DNA of 64,000 nt from Nannocystis bainbridge (GTDB lineage: Bacteria; Myxococcota_A; Polyangia; Nannocystales; Nannocystaceae), in contig NZ_JAQNDL010000003.1 of the NCBI RefSeq assembly GCF_028368995.1, forward strand, positions 2,752,001 through 2,816,000, written 5' to 3'. Of this stretch, positions 1 to 9,150 are shown piece by piece. The notes under the pieces were generated by a model that searched no databases, was not told the origin of the DNA, and saw nothing but the letters and a program-made list of their open reading frames with translations. Positions within the stretch are counted from its first letter, which is position 1, and the number at the start of each line of letters is the position of its first letter. Position numbers and translations under genes: made by a program.

Positions 1-1092
1 GCTCCCGGGCAGCGCCCGCGCGACCCCGAAATCCAGCACCTTGACCACCCCGACGTCGTCGTCGTTGCGCGTCAGGAACAGGTTCGAGGGCTTGAGGTCC
101 TGATGGAGGAGGCCCGCGGCGTGGATCTGCTGCACCCCGGCGCAGGCCTGCAGGGCGTAGTCGATCGCCTCGTGGACCGGCAGGACCCGGCGCGAGTCGA
201 GGTACGCGTCGAGGTCCTCGCCGACCAGCCGCTCCATGACGATGTACGGGGCCCCATTGCCGAGGTTGCCGACGTCGAGGATCTCCGACACGTGCCTGCT
301 GCGCACCCGCATCAGCGCCCGCGCCTCCTGGGCGAACCGCTCGATCATCCCCTGATCGAAGCGGGCGTTCGGCAGCAGGAACTTGATCGCCACGCTGCGC
401 TCGGTCTGCATGTCGGTCGCCGAGACGACCACGCCCATGCCGCCGACGCCGAGGATGTTGCCCATGCGATAGCGCCCGGCCACGGTGTCGACCGGCAGCG
501 GCACGTCGGTGAAGACGTCGGAGAACACCGTCGAGCGGGCCGCCAGCAGCGCCGGGTCGATCGCCGGCGGGACAGTCGTCGTGCTCTGGATCTGGCGGAT
601 CTGCCGCCGCAGCTTGAGCTCGTTGGTGACCTGCCTGGCGAGCAGCCGCAGCGAACCGAGCTGCGCCGGCGTGATCTCCCGCGGCACGTGGTCGACGATG
701 CAGAGCGTGCCGAACACCAGACCGTCGTCCATCGTCAGCGGCACGCCGACATAGAAGCGGACCGGCGGCTCGGCCAACGTCCACGGGTTGTCGAAGAACC
801 GCGGGTCGTTGAGGGCGTCCGGGACCACCGTCGGCTGGTCGGGCTCGAGGATCGTGTGGGCGCAGAACGACAGCTCGCGCGGGCCCTCGGTGATCGCCAT
901 CCCGACCTTGGCCTTGAACCATTGACGATAGGTGTCGGTCAGAGCCACGATGGCAATGGGGACATTGCACAAATGGGCTGCCAGCTGCGCGATATCGTCG
1001 AACGCTGGCTCCGGTTCGGTGTCCAATATGCCGCAGCTCTGCAACGCTTGCAGACGCTGCCGTTCATTCGTCGGTTGAGACGGGTAGAGCAT
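1..1092 (-). CDS. GAF-domain Ser/Thr protein kinase (3' end runs off the window)
   Basis: Manual translation from ATG at 1092: MLYPSQPTNERQRLQALQSCGILDTEPEPAFDDIAQLAAHLCNVPIA...RQWFKAKVG (typical GAF N-terminus), then kinase motifs LGVGGMGVV, VAIKFL, HQDLKPSNLFL, VKVLDFG. Absent from the ORF track because there is no stop in the window. Confidence 0.88.
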   Translation of the reverse strand, partial: MLYPSQPTNERQRLQALQSCGILDTEPEPAFDDIAQLAAHLCNVPIAIVALTDTYRQWFKAKVGMAITEGPRELSFCAHTILEPDQPTVVPDALNDPRFFDNPWTLAEPPVRFYVGVPLTMDDGLVFGTLCIVDHVPREITPAQLGSLRLLARQVTNELKLRRQIRQIQSTTTVPPAIDPALLAARSTVFSDVFTDVPLPVDTVAGRYRMGNILGVGGMGVVVSATDMQTERSVAIKFLLPNARFDQGMIERFAQEARALMRVRSRHVSEILDVGNLGNGAPYIVMERLVGEDLDAYLDSRRVLPVHEAIDYALQACAGVQQIHAAGLLHQDLKPSNLFLTRNDDDVGVVKVLDFGVARALPGS

Positions 1093-2080
1093 GGCCCACT
1101 TCAGGAGATTTATTGTCCAAAAATTCGACGATCGCAATAGCCTTGCCAGGGCGGCCCCGACTGTACGACATGGACGGCGCGGGTCGGGGAGCGTGGGTCC
1201 ACGAGCCAGCAGACTGAAGCGCTGTAGGACGTGACTCGACCTCGCGCAGCGCTCATTCACTGGTACAAGCCCAGGCGCCGCGCGAGCGCCTCCGCCCGCC
1301 CGCGTGACTCGTACGACGCCAGGGCCGGCGGCGGCCGAGAATGACCGCACCCTCGCGACGGCCAGCTAACATTGTTCTTGGGTCATTCGGCCGAACTCAC
1401 GCCATGGCCGGCCTGCAATTCGCCAGCAGACTCCAGCGTGCGCGCCGGGTGGCGCGGGCCGTCTCGTTCGCGTCTGGCCATTCCGCGTCCGCACCGGTCA
1501 TGAACATTGTACCGAGCCGTCTGCGTCGGGCCCGCCGCCTGGCAATCGTACGCCTGCGCGATCGGTGGGGCTGCTGCGAGTGCGAGCCTTTTGCCGCTGT
1601 CTCGTTCGTCCTTTCTCCGCGCCCGTCCTCCTGGCGTCTTCGCCGCTGAGGCGATCGGTTCGCACCGTCTTCGCGCCTGCCGTCTCGACGGCTCGTCGAT
1701 CGCCTTTTTCCTCACTGCTGTCTTTGCGCGGGACGAGTTCGCCGAAGTCTCGTTCGTCATCTTGCGCCTGTCGTCTTTACGTCTTCTTGATCACCGTCCT
1801 CGCGGCCCGTCTTCACCGCTGACTGCGCGCCTTCATCGTTGGTTCGCCGCTGCTCCGCGCCGTGCTCGCAATCCTCGTCACCGGGCGCTGCTGCTGAGCC
1901 TGCGTCACGATCTTCACACCCGCTCGGGCCGTCCTCCGACGTCTCGCCAATTGTCGTACCTCTGCCACGATTTCGAGTGCCGTCGTCGCGCACTGCAGGA
2001 CGATCTCCGTCCTCGTCCGCCGCAGCCCGTTGCGCCTCCTCGTCGTCGCGCTTTCATCGCCGCCGGGTCGCTCATCCCAG

Positions 2081-2340
2081 TCGCGCCCGCGGCCTTCACC
2101 CTGCCGGCCTCCCTCGCCGGGCCTTCGGCGCTAACCTTCTCGCTCGTCCTTCGTCGCGCCGCGGCCTTCACAGCGCCCTGCTGGCCTCCCTCGCCCCGGC
2201 CTTCGGCGCTCACCGTCTCCCTCATTCTTCGTCGCGCCGCGGCCTTCACAGCGCCCTGCTGACCCACCTCGCCGGGCCTTCGTCCTCGCCAGCTCGCTCA
2301 TCCTTCGTCACGCCGCGGCCTTCACAGCGCTCTGCTGCCC
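2081..2340. repeat. Degenerate ~75-78 bp tandem repeat (about 4 copies, core GCCGCGGCCTTCACAGCGC)
   Basis: Core recurs near 2087, 2158, 2236 and 2312, directly downstream of the Lys/Ala-rich tail of the FGE-domain gene. Confidence 0.7.
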
Positions 2341-3728
2341 TTCTTCGCGCCCGCCTTCCTCGCTCCCGTCTTGCTCGCCTTCTTCAGCGGGGCCTTCTTC
2401 ACACCTGCCTTGCGCACCTTCTTCGCCCCGGCCTTCTTCGCTCCCGTCTCACTCGCCTTCTTCGTCGCGGCCTTCTTCCCCCCCGTCTGACTCGCCCTCT
2501 TCTTCGCGGCCTTCTTCGCCCCCGTCTTGCTCACCTTCTTCGCCCCGGTCTCACTCGCTCTCTTCGTCACAGCTTTCTTCGCGGCCTTCTTCGCTCCCGT
2601 CTGACTCGCCCTCTTCTTCGCGGCCTTCTTCGCTACCGTCTTGCTCACCTTCTTCGCTCGCGTCCCACTCGCGTTCTTCGCGGCCTGCTTCGCTCGCGTC
2701 CCACTCGCCTTCTTCGCCCCCGCCTTGCTCTTCGCCGCCTTCGCGCCCGTCTTCTTCCCCGCCTGCCGGATCGGGCGCTTCGCCTCACCTGTCTCTTCGG
2801 CCATCTCTAATTCGACCCCCTCGTGCTCGCCGAGCCCGAAGACCAGCCGCACCGACGCCCCGAACTCTGCCGCGTGTTCGTTCATTCGCATCGCGCACAG
2901 CATCAGGTTCCACTCGCCGCAGCCTTGCCACGGATAACAATCGGCGGCTCCGCCGCGCACCACGTGCATCCCCGAGCGCAGCCACGGCGCCCCGTCGTCG
3001 GGCGCCCCGCGGTAATGGTCTTGCCAGTGATCCGCGCACAGCTCCGGGAAGAGCCCGTAGCCGTGCACGCCGAACGCGTTGTGCGTCGCGCCGTCCTCGT
3101 CGGCCAGCATCGCCTCGATCGCCGAATCGTCGGGCAGCGCATCGCCCCACGGCAGCAGCCGGCGGTGCAGCCCCCCGCGGGCCGCGTACTCGAGCTCCGC
3201 CTCCGCGGGCAGCCGCAGCCCCGTCCCGACCAGCACCGCCGTGATCTGCTCCGGGTTCAGGTGCGCCGCCGCCCTCGACACGTGCCCGTACAGCGGATCG
3301 CGCAGGTTGGGCAGCCAGCGCAGCGCCTGGCCGATGCTGAGCACTCGCTGCGCGATCAAGAATGGTGGCACCACCACGCGGTGCAGCGGCCGCATCTGCC
3401 CGATCTCGCTGAGCAGCAGATCGAACTCCTGATCGAAGTCATGATCCGCCGCAGCGGCTGCCTCGCGAGCCGCGCGGATCGTCGCCTCCTCCTCCGGCGA
3501 CAGCCCCATGTCGAAGCCTCCGCCCGGCACGAGGCTCAGCTCGCCGACGCTCGCGTGCGCGAATACTGCCACCGGCGCGCTCGCCTGGCCGTAGCGGCGC
3601 AGCCCCACATACGTGAATTCCGGCCCGAGCTCCGCCGCCACCTGTCGCGCCAGCTCCTCGCGGCATTCGTCGGTCGCGCTGACCCAGAGGGTGTGGTCGA
3701 ACAGCTCGGGGGCCGCGGCGACGTGCAT
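2322..3728 (-). CDS. SUMF1/FGE-sulfatase-family domain protein with histone H1-like Lys/Ala-rich C-terminal tail
   Basis: VPGGGFDMG, PLHRVVVPPFLIAQ, LRLPAEAELEYAARGG, NAFGVHG and VVRGG motifs; ~150-aa tail of AKKAAKKRASQTG repeats. Confidence 0.85.
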   Translation of the reverse strand: MHVAAAPELFDHTLWVSATDECREELARQVAAELGPEFTYVGLRRYGQASAPVAVFAHASVGELSLVPGGGFDMGLSPEEEATIRAAREAAAAADHDFDQEFDLLLSEIGQMRPLHRVVVPPFLIAQRVLSIGQALRWLPNLRDPLYGHVSRAAAHLNPEQITAVLVGTGLRLPAEAELEYAARGGLHRRLLPWGDALPDDSAIEAMLADEDGATHNAFGVHGYGLFPELCADHWQDHYRGAPDDGAPWLRSGMHVVRGGAADCYPWQGCGEWNLMLCAMRMNEHAAEFGASVRLVFGLGEHEGVELEMAEETGEAKRPIRQAGKKTGAKAAKSKAGAKKASGTRAKQAAKNASGTRAKKVSKTVAKKAAKKRASQTGAKKAAKKAVTKRASETGAKKVSKTGAKKAAKKRASQTGGKKAATKKASETGAKKAGAKKVRKAGVKKAPLKKASKTGARKAGAKKGSRAL

Positions 3729-4081
3729 CTGCCCGTTTTACCTCGACCCTGGCGCCGCTTGCATCCAGCATCGCGGGCGCTCTGCTGCGCCTGCGCGAGC
3801 GTGCAAAGGCGCGCGAGGAGAGTCGATGGTTCGCGGTCGCGCGAGCTCGCGACGAGGAGCGCGAGCGAAGGTCGCCACGCTCGCAGCTTCGTGCTCCGCC
3901 TCGCCGCTTCCGTTTGCGCTTCGCGCTCGCTCTGCGCGCGCTTCGAGCTCCGCCGTGTCTCTCGCTCCACGCCCGCTCGCGCTTCGCGCCCTCCTCGTCG
4001 TCCGCTCGCGCTTCGCGCCGTTCCAACCGCCCCCGTCCTGTCTCACATCGCACGTGCACGCGCGTCGATCCGCTCGGCTGC

Positions 4082-4275
4082 CATCGCCTGCTCGCGCCTC
4101 GAGCGCTGCTCATCCGTCATGGCGACCTGGCCTCGCGGCATTGCGTGCTCACGCCTCGAGCTCTGCTCCCTGTCATTGCGACCTCGCCCGAGCATTGTCC
4201 GTTCGCACCTCGAGCTCCGCACCTCGGTCATGGCGACCTCGCCCGAGCATTGCCCACTCGTATTTCGGGCATCCG
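4082..4275. repeat. Degenerate 54-57 bp intergenic tandem repeat (3.5 copies)
   Basis: Units start at 4082, 4139, 4193 and 4248 with consensus CATTGC..GCTCGC.CCTCGAGCTC.GC....GTCATGGCGACCTCGCCCGAG; no unique spacers. Confidence 0.75.
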
Positions 4276-4570
4276 CGGCTGCTTCCCTACGCGCAGCGCT
4301 CCACAAGCGCTCGTGCCTGCTCGACCGCAAAGCCGCGTCGTTCTCGCCTCGCCGGCACACCGCCGCCGCCTCGCTCGCGCGACTGAAGCGGACGCTCATG
4401 CGCCGATAAACATCGTTCCACGTCCGGCGCGCGAATTCGCAAGCATCCCCACGCCCGCCGAGGTACACCCGCCGAGTGAGCCGCCTTCACCCGACCGCCC
4501 CCGTCCTATCGCATCGCATGTCCCGCGCCTCTGATTCCTATTAGAAAAAACTGTCCTTTGGGAGCATGTC

Positions 4571-5095
4571 ATGACAATGAACTCTTGGACATGGATGTCC
4601 AGCCCGCTCGGCGAGTTGCGGCTCGTCGCTGGTGGCGGCGTCTTGCGGCGCGTGCACATGACCGACACCCGTGACCTGCCGGCGCCCGCCGAGTATGGCG
4701 ACGCCTGCGACGACGAGCCCGTCTTGCAGCAGGCGCGGCGCGAGCTCGACGAGTATTTTGCCGGGCGACGGCGACGCTTCGAAGTCGCGCTCGGGCCTGA
4801 GGGCACCGAGTTTCAGCGGGCCGTGTGGACCGCCCTCGTCGCCGTCGATTTCGGCGTCCTCTGCAGCTACGGAGACATCGCCCGGGCCATGGGGCGCCCG
4901 ACCGCCACCCGGGCCGTCGGCCAGGCCAACAATCGCAACCCGATCCCCGTGATCATCCCCTGTCATCGTATCGTCGGCAGCGATCGCAGCCTCACGGGCT
5001 ACGGGGGCGGCCTCGAGCGCAAGCGGTGGTTGCTCGCCCACGAGGCGCGGCTGGTCGGCGCCGTCTTCACCGGCTACGATCCGCCCGCATGTTGA
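4571..5095 (+). CDS. ogt: Methylated-DNA--protein-cysteine S-methyltransferase
   Basis: Active-site IIPCHRIVG, plus GTEFQRAVW, SYGDIA, RAVGQAN and LTGYGGGLERKRWLL. Confidence 0.95.
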   Translation: MTMNSWTWMSSPLGELRLVAGGGVLRRVHMTDTRDLPAPAEYGDACDDEPVLQQARRELDEYFAGRRRRFEVALGPEGTEFQRAVWTALVAVDFGVLCSYGDIARAMGRPTATRAVGQANNRNPIPVIIPCHRIVGSDRSLTGYGGGLERKRWLLAHEARLVGAVFTGYDPPAC

Positions 5096-5664
5096 AGCCG
5101 TGCACGCTCGCGCTCGCCCTCCTCGCTGGCGCTTGCGCCACGCAGCCCGATCGCGGTCGCTGGCGGGAGATCCCCAAGGGCCTCGTCCACGTCGTCTTCA
5201 CCGGCATCGACGCCGCTCCGAGCGAGAGCATCGGCTGGCGCGAGGCCGTCGACCTGCAGAACAAGGCCCGCGAGGAGCTGCAGCGGACCGTCCGCGAAGA
5301 GGGCCACGTCGCGTGGTTCTTCCACGCCTTTGACGACGACGACCTCGTCTTCATCCTCGCGCGCTGGCACGCCGGCGGGCTCGGCGGCACCTACGAAGTG
5401 TTCACGCGCTACCTCGTCCCGCGCGGTCGCCGAGGCGAGCGCATGCTCGGCGTCGCCGACGAGATCGCCGAGTACGAGCGGGGCGTCGGCAAAGTCCGCG
5501 CCGGTATGTCGCTGGCCGATGTCGAGACCGTGCGCGGCAAGCCCGACAAGCTCGTCGAGCTCGGGCCCTTCGGCGCCTTCGACGTCGTCTACCCCGACCT
5601 GTGCGTGCGCTTCCTCGAGGGTCGCGCCGCGCACTTGTGGTCGCCCGAGCGCTGCCAGCCGTAG
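5089..5664 (+). CDS. Putative lipoprotein with SmpA/OmlA-like C-terminal motif
   Basis: MLKPCTLALALLAGAC lipobox-type signal; C-terminal VRAGMSLADVETVRGKPD; start overlaps the ogt stop. Confidence 0.7.
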   Translation: MLKPCTLALALLAGACATQPDRGRWREIPKGLVHVVFTGIDAAPSESIGWREAVDLQNKAREELQRTVREEGHVAWFFHAFDDDDLVFILARWHAGGLGGTYEVFTRYLVPRGRRGERMLGVADEIAEYERGVGKVRAGMSLADVETVRGKPDKLVELGPFGAFDVVYPDLCVRFLEGRAAHLWSPERCQP

Positions 5665-5686
5665 CCGCGCTCGCGGCCACGCCCGC

Positions 5687-6592
5687 TCAGCAGTTGGGGC
5701 AGATGCAGATCAGGTCGGCCTCGCCGTTGCCTTCGCCGCACAGCCCGAACGGCTGCTCGCACGCCTCGCTGGCGCAGTCGCAGCTGGCCTTGTCGCCGCA
5801 CTCGGTCGGCAGCGGCAGGCACGTATGCTCGTTCATGAACGCCTGGAACTGCACACACATCAGCGAATCGGGGCACGACTTGCAGTCCGGCACCTTGTCG
5901 CACGACACCGCCGGCACGCAGGCGCCGCTCCAGCACGCCCCGTCGATCCCCGGCAGCGTCCCGGGCGGGCACTCGGGCGGCAGCGAGTCGCACGCGACCT
6001 CGCTGCTGCAGTCGACCTTCTCGGTCGTGCACTGGCCGAGCACGCACTTCGCCTCGTCGATGCCGATCTGCTGGCACTGCGTCTCGTCGCACAGCGCCTT
6101 GCAGATCGGGTCGGTCTGGTCGTTGGGGATGCCGTAGCACGAGCAGCAGTCGTCGTGCAGCTTGCAGTCCGCGTCGACCTCGCACGGCCCACCGCCCGGG
6201 CCGCCGGTCGTGCCGTCGGTCGTGCCGTCGGTCGTGCCTTCGGTCGTGCCGTCGGTCGTCCCCGCGGTATCCGTCCCCGCGGTATCCGTCCCCGCCGTCG
6301 TCTCGCTGCTCGTCCCGTCCGTGCTCGGGCCGGTGGCCGCCGTCGTCTGGCTCTCGCCGGTCGTGCCCGAGGCCGCGGTCGTGCCCCCGGGGTCGCCCGT
6401 CGGCTCGAACTCCGTGGTCGGCGAGTCGGTGCTCGCGGTCGTCACCTGCGTCGCCGCCGACGACTGCGCCCCGGTCGATTCGCCGCTGTCGCTCGCGCTC
6501 GCGGTGCCGAGGGTCTCGCTGCTCTGGGGAGCGGCCGTCGAACAGGCGCCGAGGCCGATGCTGGAGATCAAGAAGAGAGATCTAAGTCGCAT
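5687..6592 (-). CDS. Cys-rich lipoprotein with Thr/Ser/Gly-rich linker
   Basis: MRLRSLFLISSIGLGAC signal; TTDGTTEG linker; C-terminal domain with more than 20 Cys. Confidence 0.85.
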   Translation of the reverse strand: MRLRSLFLISSIGLGACSTAAPQSSETLGTASASDSGESTGAQSSAATQVTTASTDSPTTEFEPTGDPGGTTAASGTTGESQTTAATGPSTDGTSSETTAGTDTAGTDTAGTTDGTTEGTTDGTTDGTTGGPGGGPCEVDADCKLHDDCCSCYGIPNDQTDPICKALCDETQCQQIGIDEAKCVLGQCTTEKVDCSSEVACDSLPPECPPGTLPGIDGACWSGACVPAVSCDKVPDCKSCPDSLMCVQFQAFMNEHTCLPLPTECGDKASCDCASEACEQPFGLCGEGNGEADLICICPNC

Positions 6593-6721
6593 GGGCCGAA
6601 GGATGGCAAACAGGCCGCGGGCGCGCCAGGGGGCGCAAGGCCGCCCTCGACGCCGCGTGTGCGTCCGCGCCCCGCCCGCGAGGGCCCCGCGCCGCTCGGG
6701 GTGCGCTATCGTGCCCCCGAC

Positions 6722-7738
6722 ATGCTCAACGACAGCTTCCTCCGCGCCTGCCGCGGCGAACGCCCCGCGCGGACCCCGATCTGGCTCATGAGACAGGCAG
6801 GTCGCTACCTCCCGGAGTACCGCGCGATCCGGGCCAAGGTCAGCTTCGAGGAGCTGTGCCGGACCCCCGAGCTGTGCGCCGAGGTCACGCTGCAGCCGAT
6901 CGATCGCCTCGACGTCGACGCCGCGATCCTGTTCTCCGACATCCTCGTCGTGTTCGACGCGCTCGGCGTCGACGTGCGCTTCGAGCCCTCGCCGGTGATC
7001 GCCGAGCCCGTGCGCACGCGGGCCGACGTCGAGCGCCTGCGGTGGATCGACCCGCGCGAGGCCTGCCACTACGTCTACGCCGCCGTGCGCGCCTGCAAGG
7101 CCGCGCTCGCCGGCCGCGTGCCGCTGATCGGCTTCTGCGGCGCGCCCTTCACCACCCTCAGCTACCTCGTCGAGGGCAAGACCAGCCGCGAGTTCGAACA
7201 TGTCAAATCGCTCATGTTCTGCGAGCCAGGTCTCTTCGGACAGCTGATGGGGCGCATCACCGACCTGCTGATCGACTACCTGCGTGGTCAGGTCGAGGCC
7301 GGCGTCGACGCGCTGCAGGTGTTCGACAGCTGGGCCGGCGCGCTCGCGCCTGACGACTACCGCGAGCACGTCCAGCCGCACACCGCCCGCCTGTGCGCCG
7401 CCGTGCGCGAGTTCGGCGTGCCGCTCATCATGTTCACCCGCGGCAACGCCAACCTGCTCGCCTACTCGGCCGAGATGCCGGCCGACGTCGTCGGCGTCGA
7501 CTGGTCGATCGACCTCGCCCGGGCGATCGACGTCGTCGGCCCCGAGCGGGTCGTGCAGGGCAACCTCGACCCGTTCGCGCTGCTCGGCCCGCCGGCCCTC
7601 GTCGAGCACAAGGCGCGGGCGATCGTCGCCGCCGGCAAGCGCGCGCGCGCCCACATCTTCAACCTCGGCCACGGCATCTCTCGCCACACCGACCCGGCCA
7701 TCGCGCGCCTCCTGGTCGACACGGTCCACGACGCATGA
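6722..7738 (+). CDS. hemE: Uroporphyrinogen decarboxylase
   Basis: PIWLMRQAGRYLPEY, DAAILFSDIL, PLIGFCGAPFT, QVFDSWAG, QGNLDP and HIFNLGHGI. Confidence 0.97.
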   Translation: MLNDSFLRACRGERPARTPIWLMRQAGRYLPEYRAIRAKVSFEELCRTPELCAEVTLQPIDRLDVDAAILFSDILVVFDALGVDVRFEPSPVIAEPVRTRADVERLRWIDPREACHYVYAAVRACKAALAGRVPLIGFCGAPFTTLSYLVEGKTSREFEHVKSLMFCEPGLFGQLMGRITDLLIDYLRGQVEAGVDALQVFDSWAGALAPDDYREHVQPHTARLCAAVREFGVPLIMFTRGNANLLAYSAEMPADVVGVDWSIDLARAIDVVGPERVVQGNLDPFALLGPPALVEHKARAIVAAGKRARAHIFNLGHGISRHTDPAIARLLVDTVHDA

Positions 7739-8283
7739 GCCTCTCGTCGCGCGTGCTCCTGCTCGCGGCGGTCGCGGCCGCTGCGTGCACGCGCCCGCAG
7801 ACCGGCCCGCCGCCCGAGCCTCCGCCACCCGACGCGCCCGTCCAGCCCACGCAGGCGATCCGCCACGCCGCCGGCGAGGTCCTCGACGTCACCGTCCCGC
7901 TGCTCGCCGGCCCTGCGCTGCCGCTGCCGAGCCTGCGCGGCCGCGTCGTCGTCCTCGAGCTCACCTCCGCCGCGCTGCCCTCGTGGCCGGCCAGCTTCGC
8001 CGCCTACAACGACCTCCTGCGCGAGTACGGCCCCGCCCGCCTCGCCGTCGTCGTCGTCGCCCTCGACTTCGACCGCAGCGCCCTCAGCCCCGAGCCCGAC
8101 CTCCGCCTCCACGGCTTCGAGCTCGGCTGGGACCCGCAGGGCGCCCTCGCGGCCCGCCTGCAGCTCGGCGCGCTGCCCACCGCGCTGGTGCTCGGCCGCG
8201 ACGGACGGATCGTCCACGTCGCCAGCGGCCCGGAGCCCTCGCGCACCCTCGCCGACGCCGTGCGCGCCGCCTTGGGCCCGTGA
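7735..8283 (+). CDS. TlpA/thioredoxin-fold lipoprotein lacking the CxxC motif
   Basis: Lipobox AAAAC; SLRGRVVVLEL..., VVVVALD, LPTALVLGRDGRIVH (TlpA-like); ATGA overlap with hemE. Confidence 0.75.
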   Translation: MSLSSRVLLLAAVAAAACTRPQTGPPPEPPPPDAPVQPTQAIRHAAGEVLDVTVPLLAGPALPLPSLRGRVVVLELTSAALPSWPASFAAYNDLLREYGPARLAVVVVALDFDRSALSPEPDLRLHGFELGWDPQGALAARLQLGALPTALVLGRDGRIVHVASGPEPSRTLADAVRAALGP

Positions 8284-8561
8284 GGCTCGCAGAGCGGCAT
8301 GTCCCAAAGGACAGCCGTGAGCGCGCCGAGATCTTGCAGCCGCAGCGATCGCGTCGGTCGACGATCGTCTGGGGTGACACAGGAGCGGGCAGCAGCCGCG
8401 CGGGCCGTCGATCTCGAAGTCCACGCCGCCCTGTCGACCCGGCATCGGCCATCGCGGGCCCTCGGCGCCGCTCGCCCGGGCCGATGACCCCCGCGGTTCA
8501 CGCTCGCGCTGCGTGCTGACGCGCGCCGGGCGCTCGTGTATCCTCGCGCGCACCAGCGCGC

Positions 8562-9137
8562 ATGACACACACGACCTCGGACACCTGGCAGGGCGGCCTC
8601 ACCGCGGACCTCTCGAAGATCCTCCTGAGCGAGCAGCAGATCCAGGAGCGGGTCGCCCAGCTCGGGCGCACGCTTGCGAGCGAGTACGCCGGCAAGGACC
8701 CGCTGATGGTCGGCATCCTCAGCGGCAGCCTGCTGTTCATGGCCGACCTCGTGCGGCACATGAACATCCCGCTGTCGATCGACTTCATGGCCGTCTCGTC
8801 CTACGGCGATCGCACCACCTCCTCGGGCGAGGTGCGGATCTTGAAGGACCTCGGCAGCGCGGCCACCGGGCGCCACATCGTCCTCGTCGAGGACATCGTC
8901 GACAGCGGCCTGACCCTCGATTATCTGTGCGACATCCTGCGCACGCGCCACCCGGCCTCGCTCGAGATCTGCACCCTGCTCGACAAGCACGAGGCCCGCA
9001 AGCGGCCGCTCCAGGTCCGCCACGTCGGCTTCCCGTGCCCCAACGAGTTCGTGGTCGGCTACGGCCTCGACTACGCCGGCCACTACCGCAACCTCCCGTA
9101 CATCGGCGTGCTCAAGCCCGCGATCTACACCACCTGA
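8562..9137 (+). CDS. hpt: Hypoxanthine phosphoribosyltransferase
   Basis: PRPP-binding VLVEDIVDSGLTL; FVVGYGLDYAGHYRNLPYIG. Confidence 0.97.
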   Translation: MTHTTSDTWQGGLTADLSKILLSEQQIQERVAQLGRTLASEYAGKDPLMVGILSGSLLFMADLVRHMNIPLSIDFMAVSSYGDRTTSSGEVRILKDLGSAATGRHIVLVEDIVDSGLTLDYLCDILRTRHPASLEICTLLDKHEARKRPLQVRHVGFPCPNEFVVGYGLDYAGHYRNLPYIGVLKPAIYTT

Positions 9138-9150
9138 CCCAAAGGCCAGC

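Noticed and set aside
1341-1993. Short ORFs at 1341-1649, 1383-1760 and 1757-1993
   Set aside because: No family motifs and atypical codon usage; low-complexity strand-skewed DNA is a sufficient explanation.
5330-7828. Long overlapping ORFs 5330-7738 (+) and 5687-7828 (-)
   Set aside because: These are 5' extensions through antisense frames; the true genes are hemE (6722) and the lipoprotein (6592).
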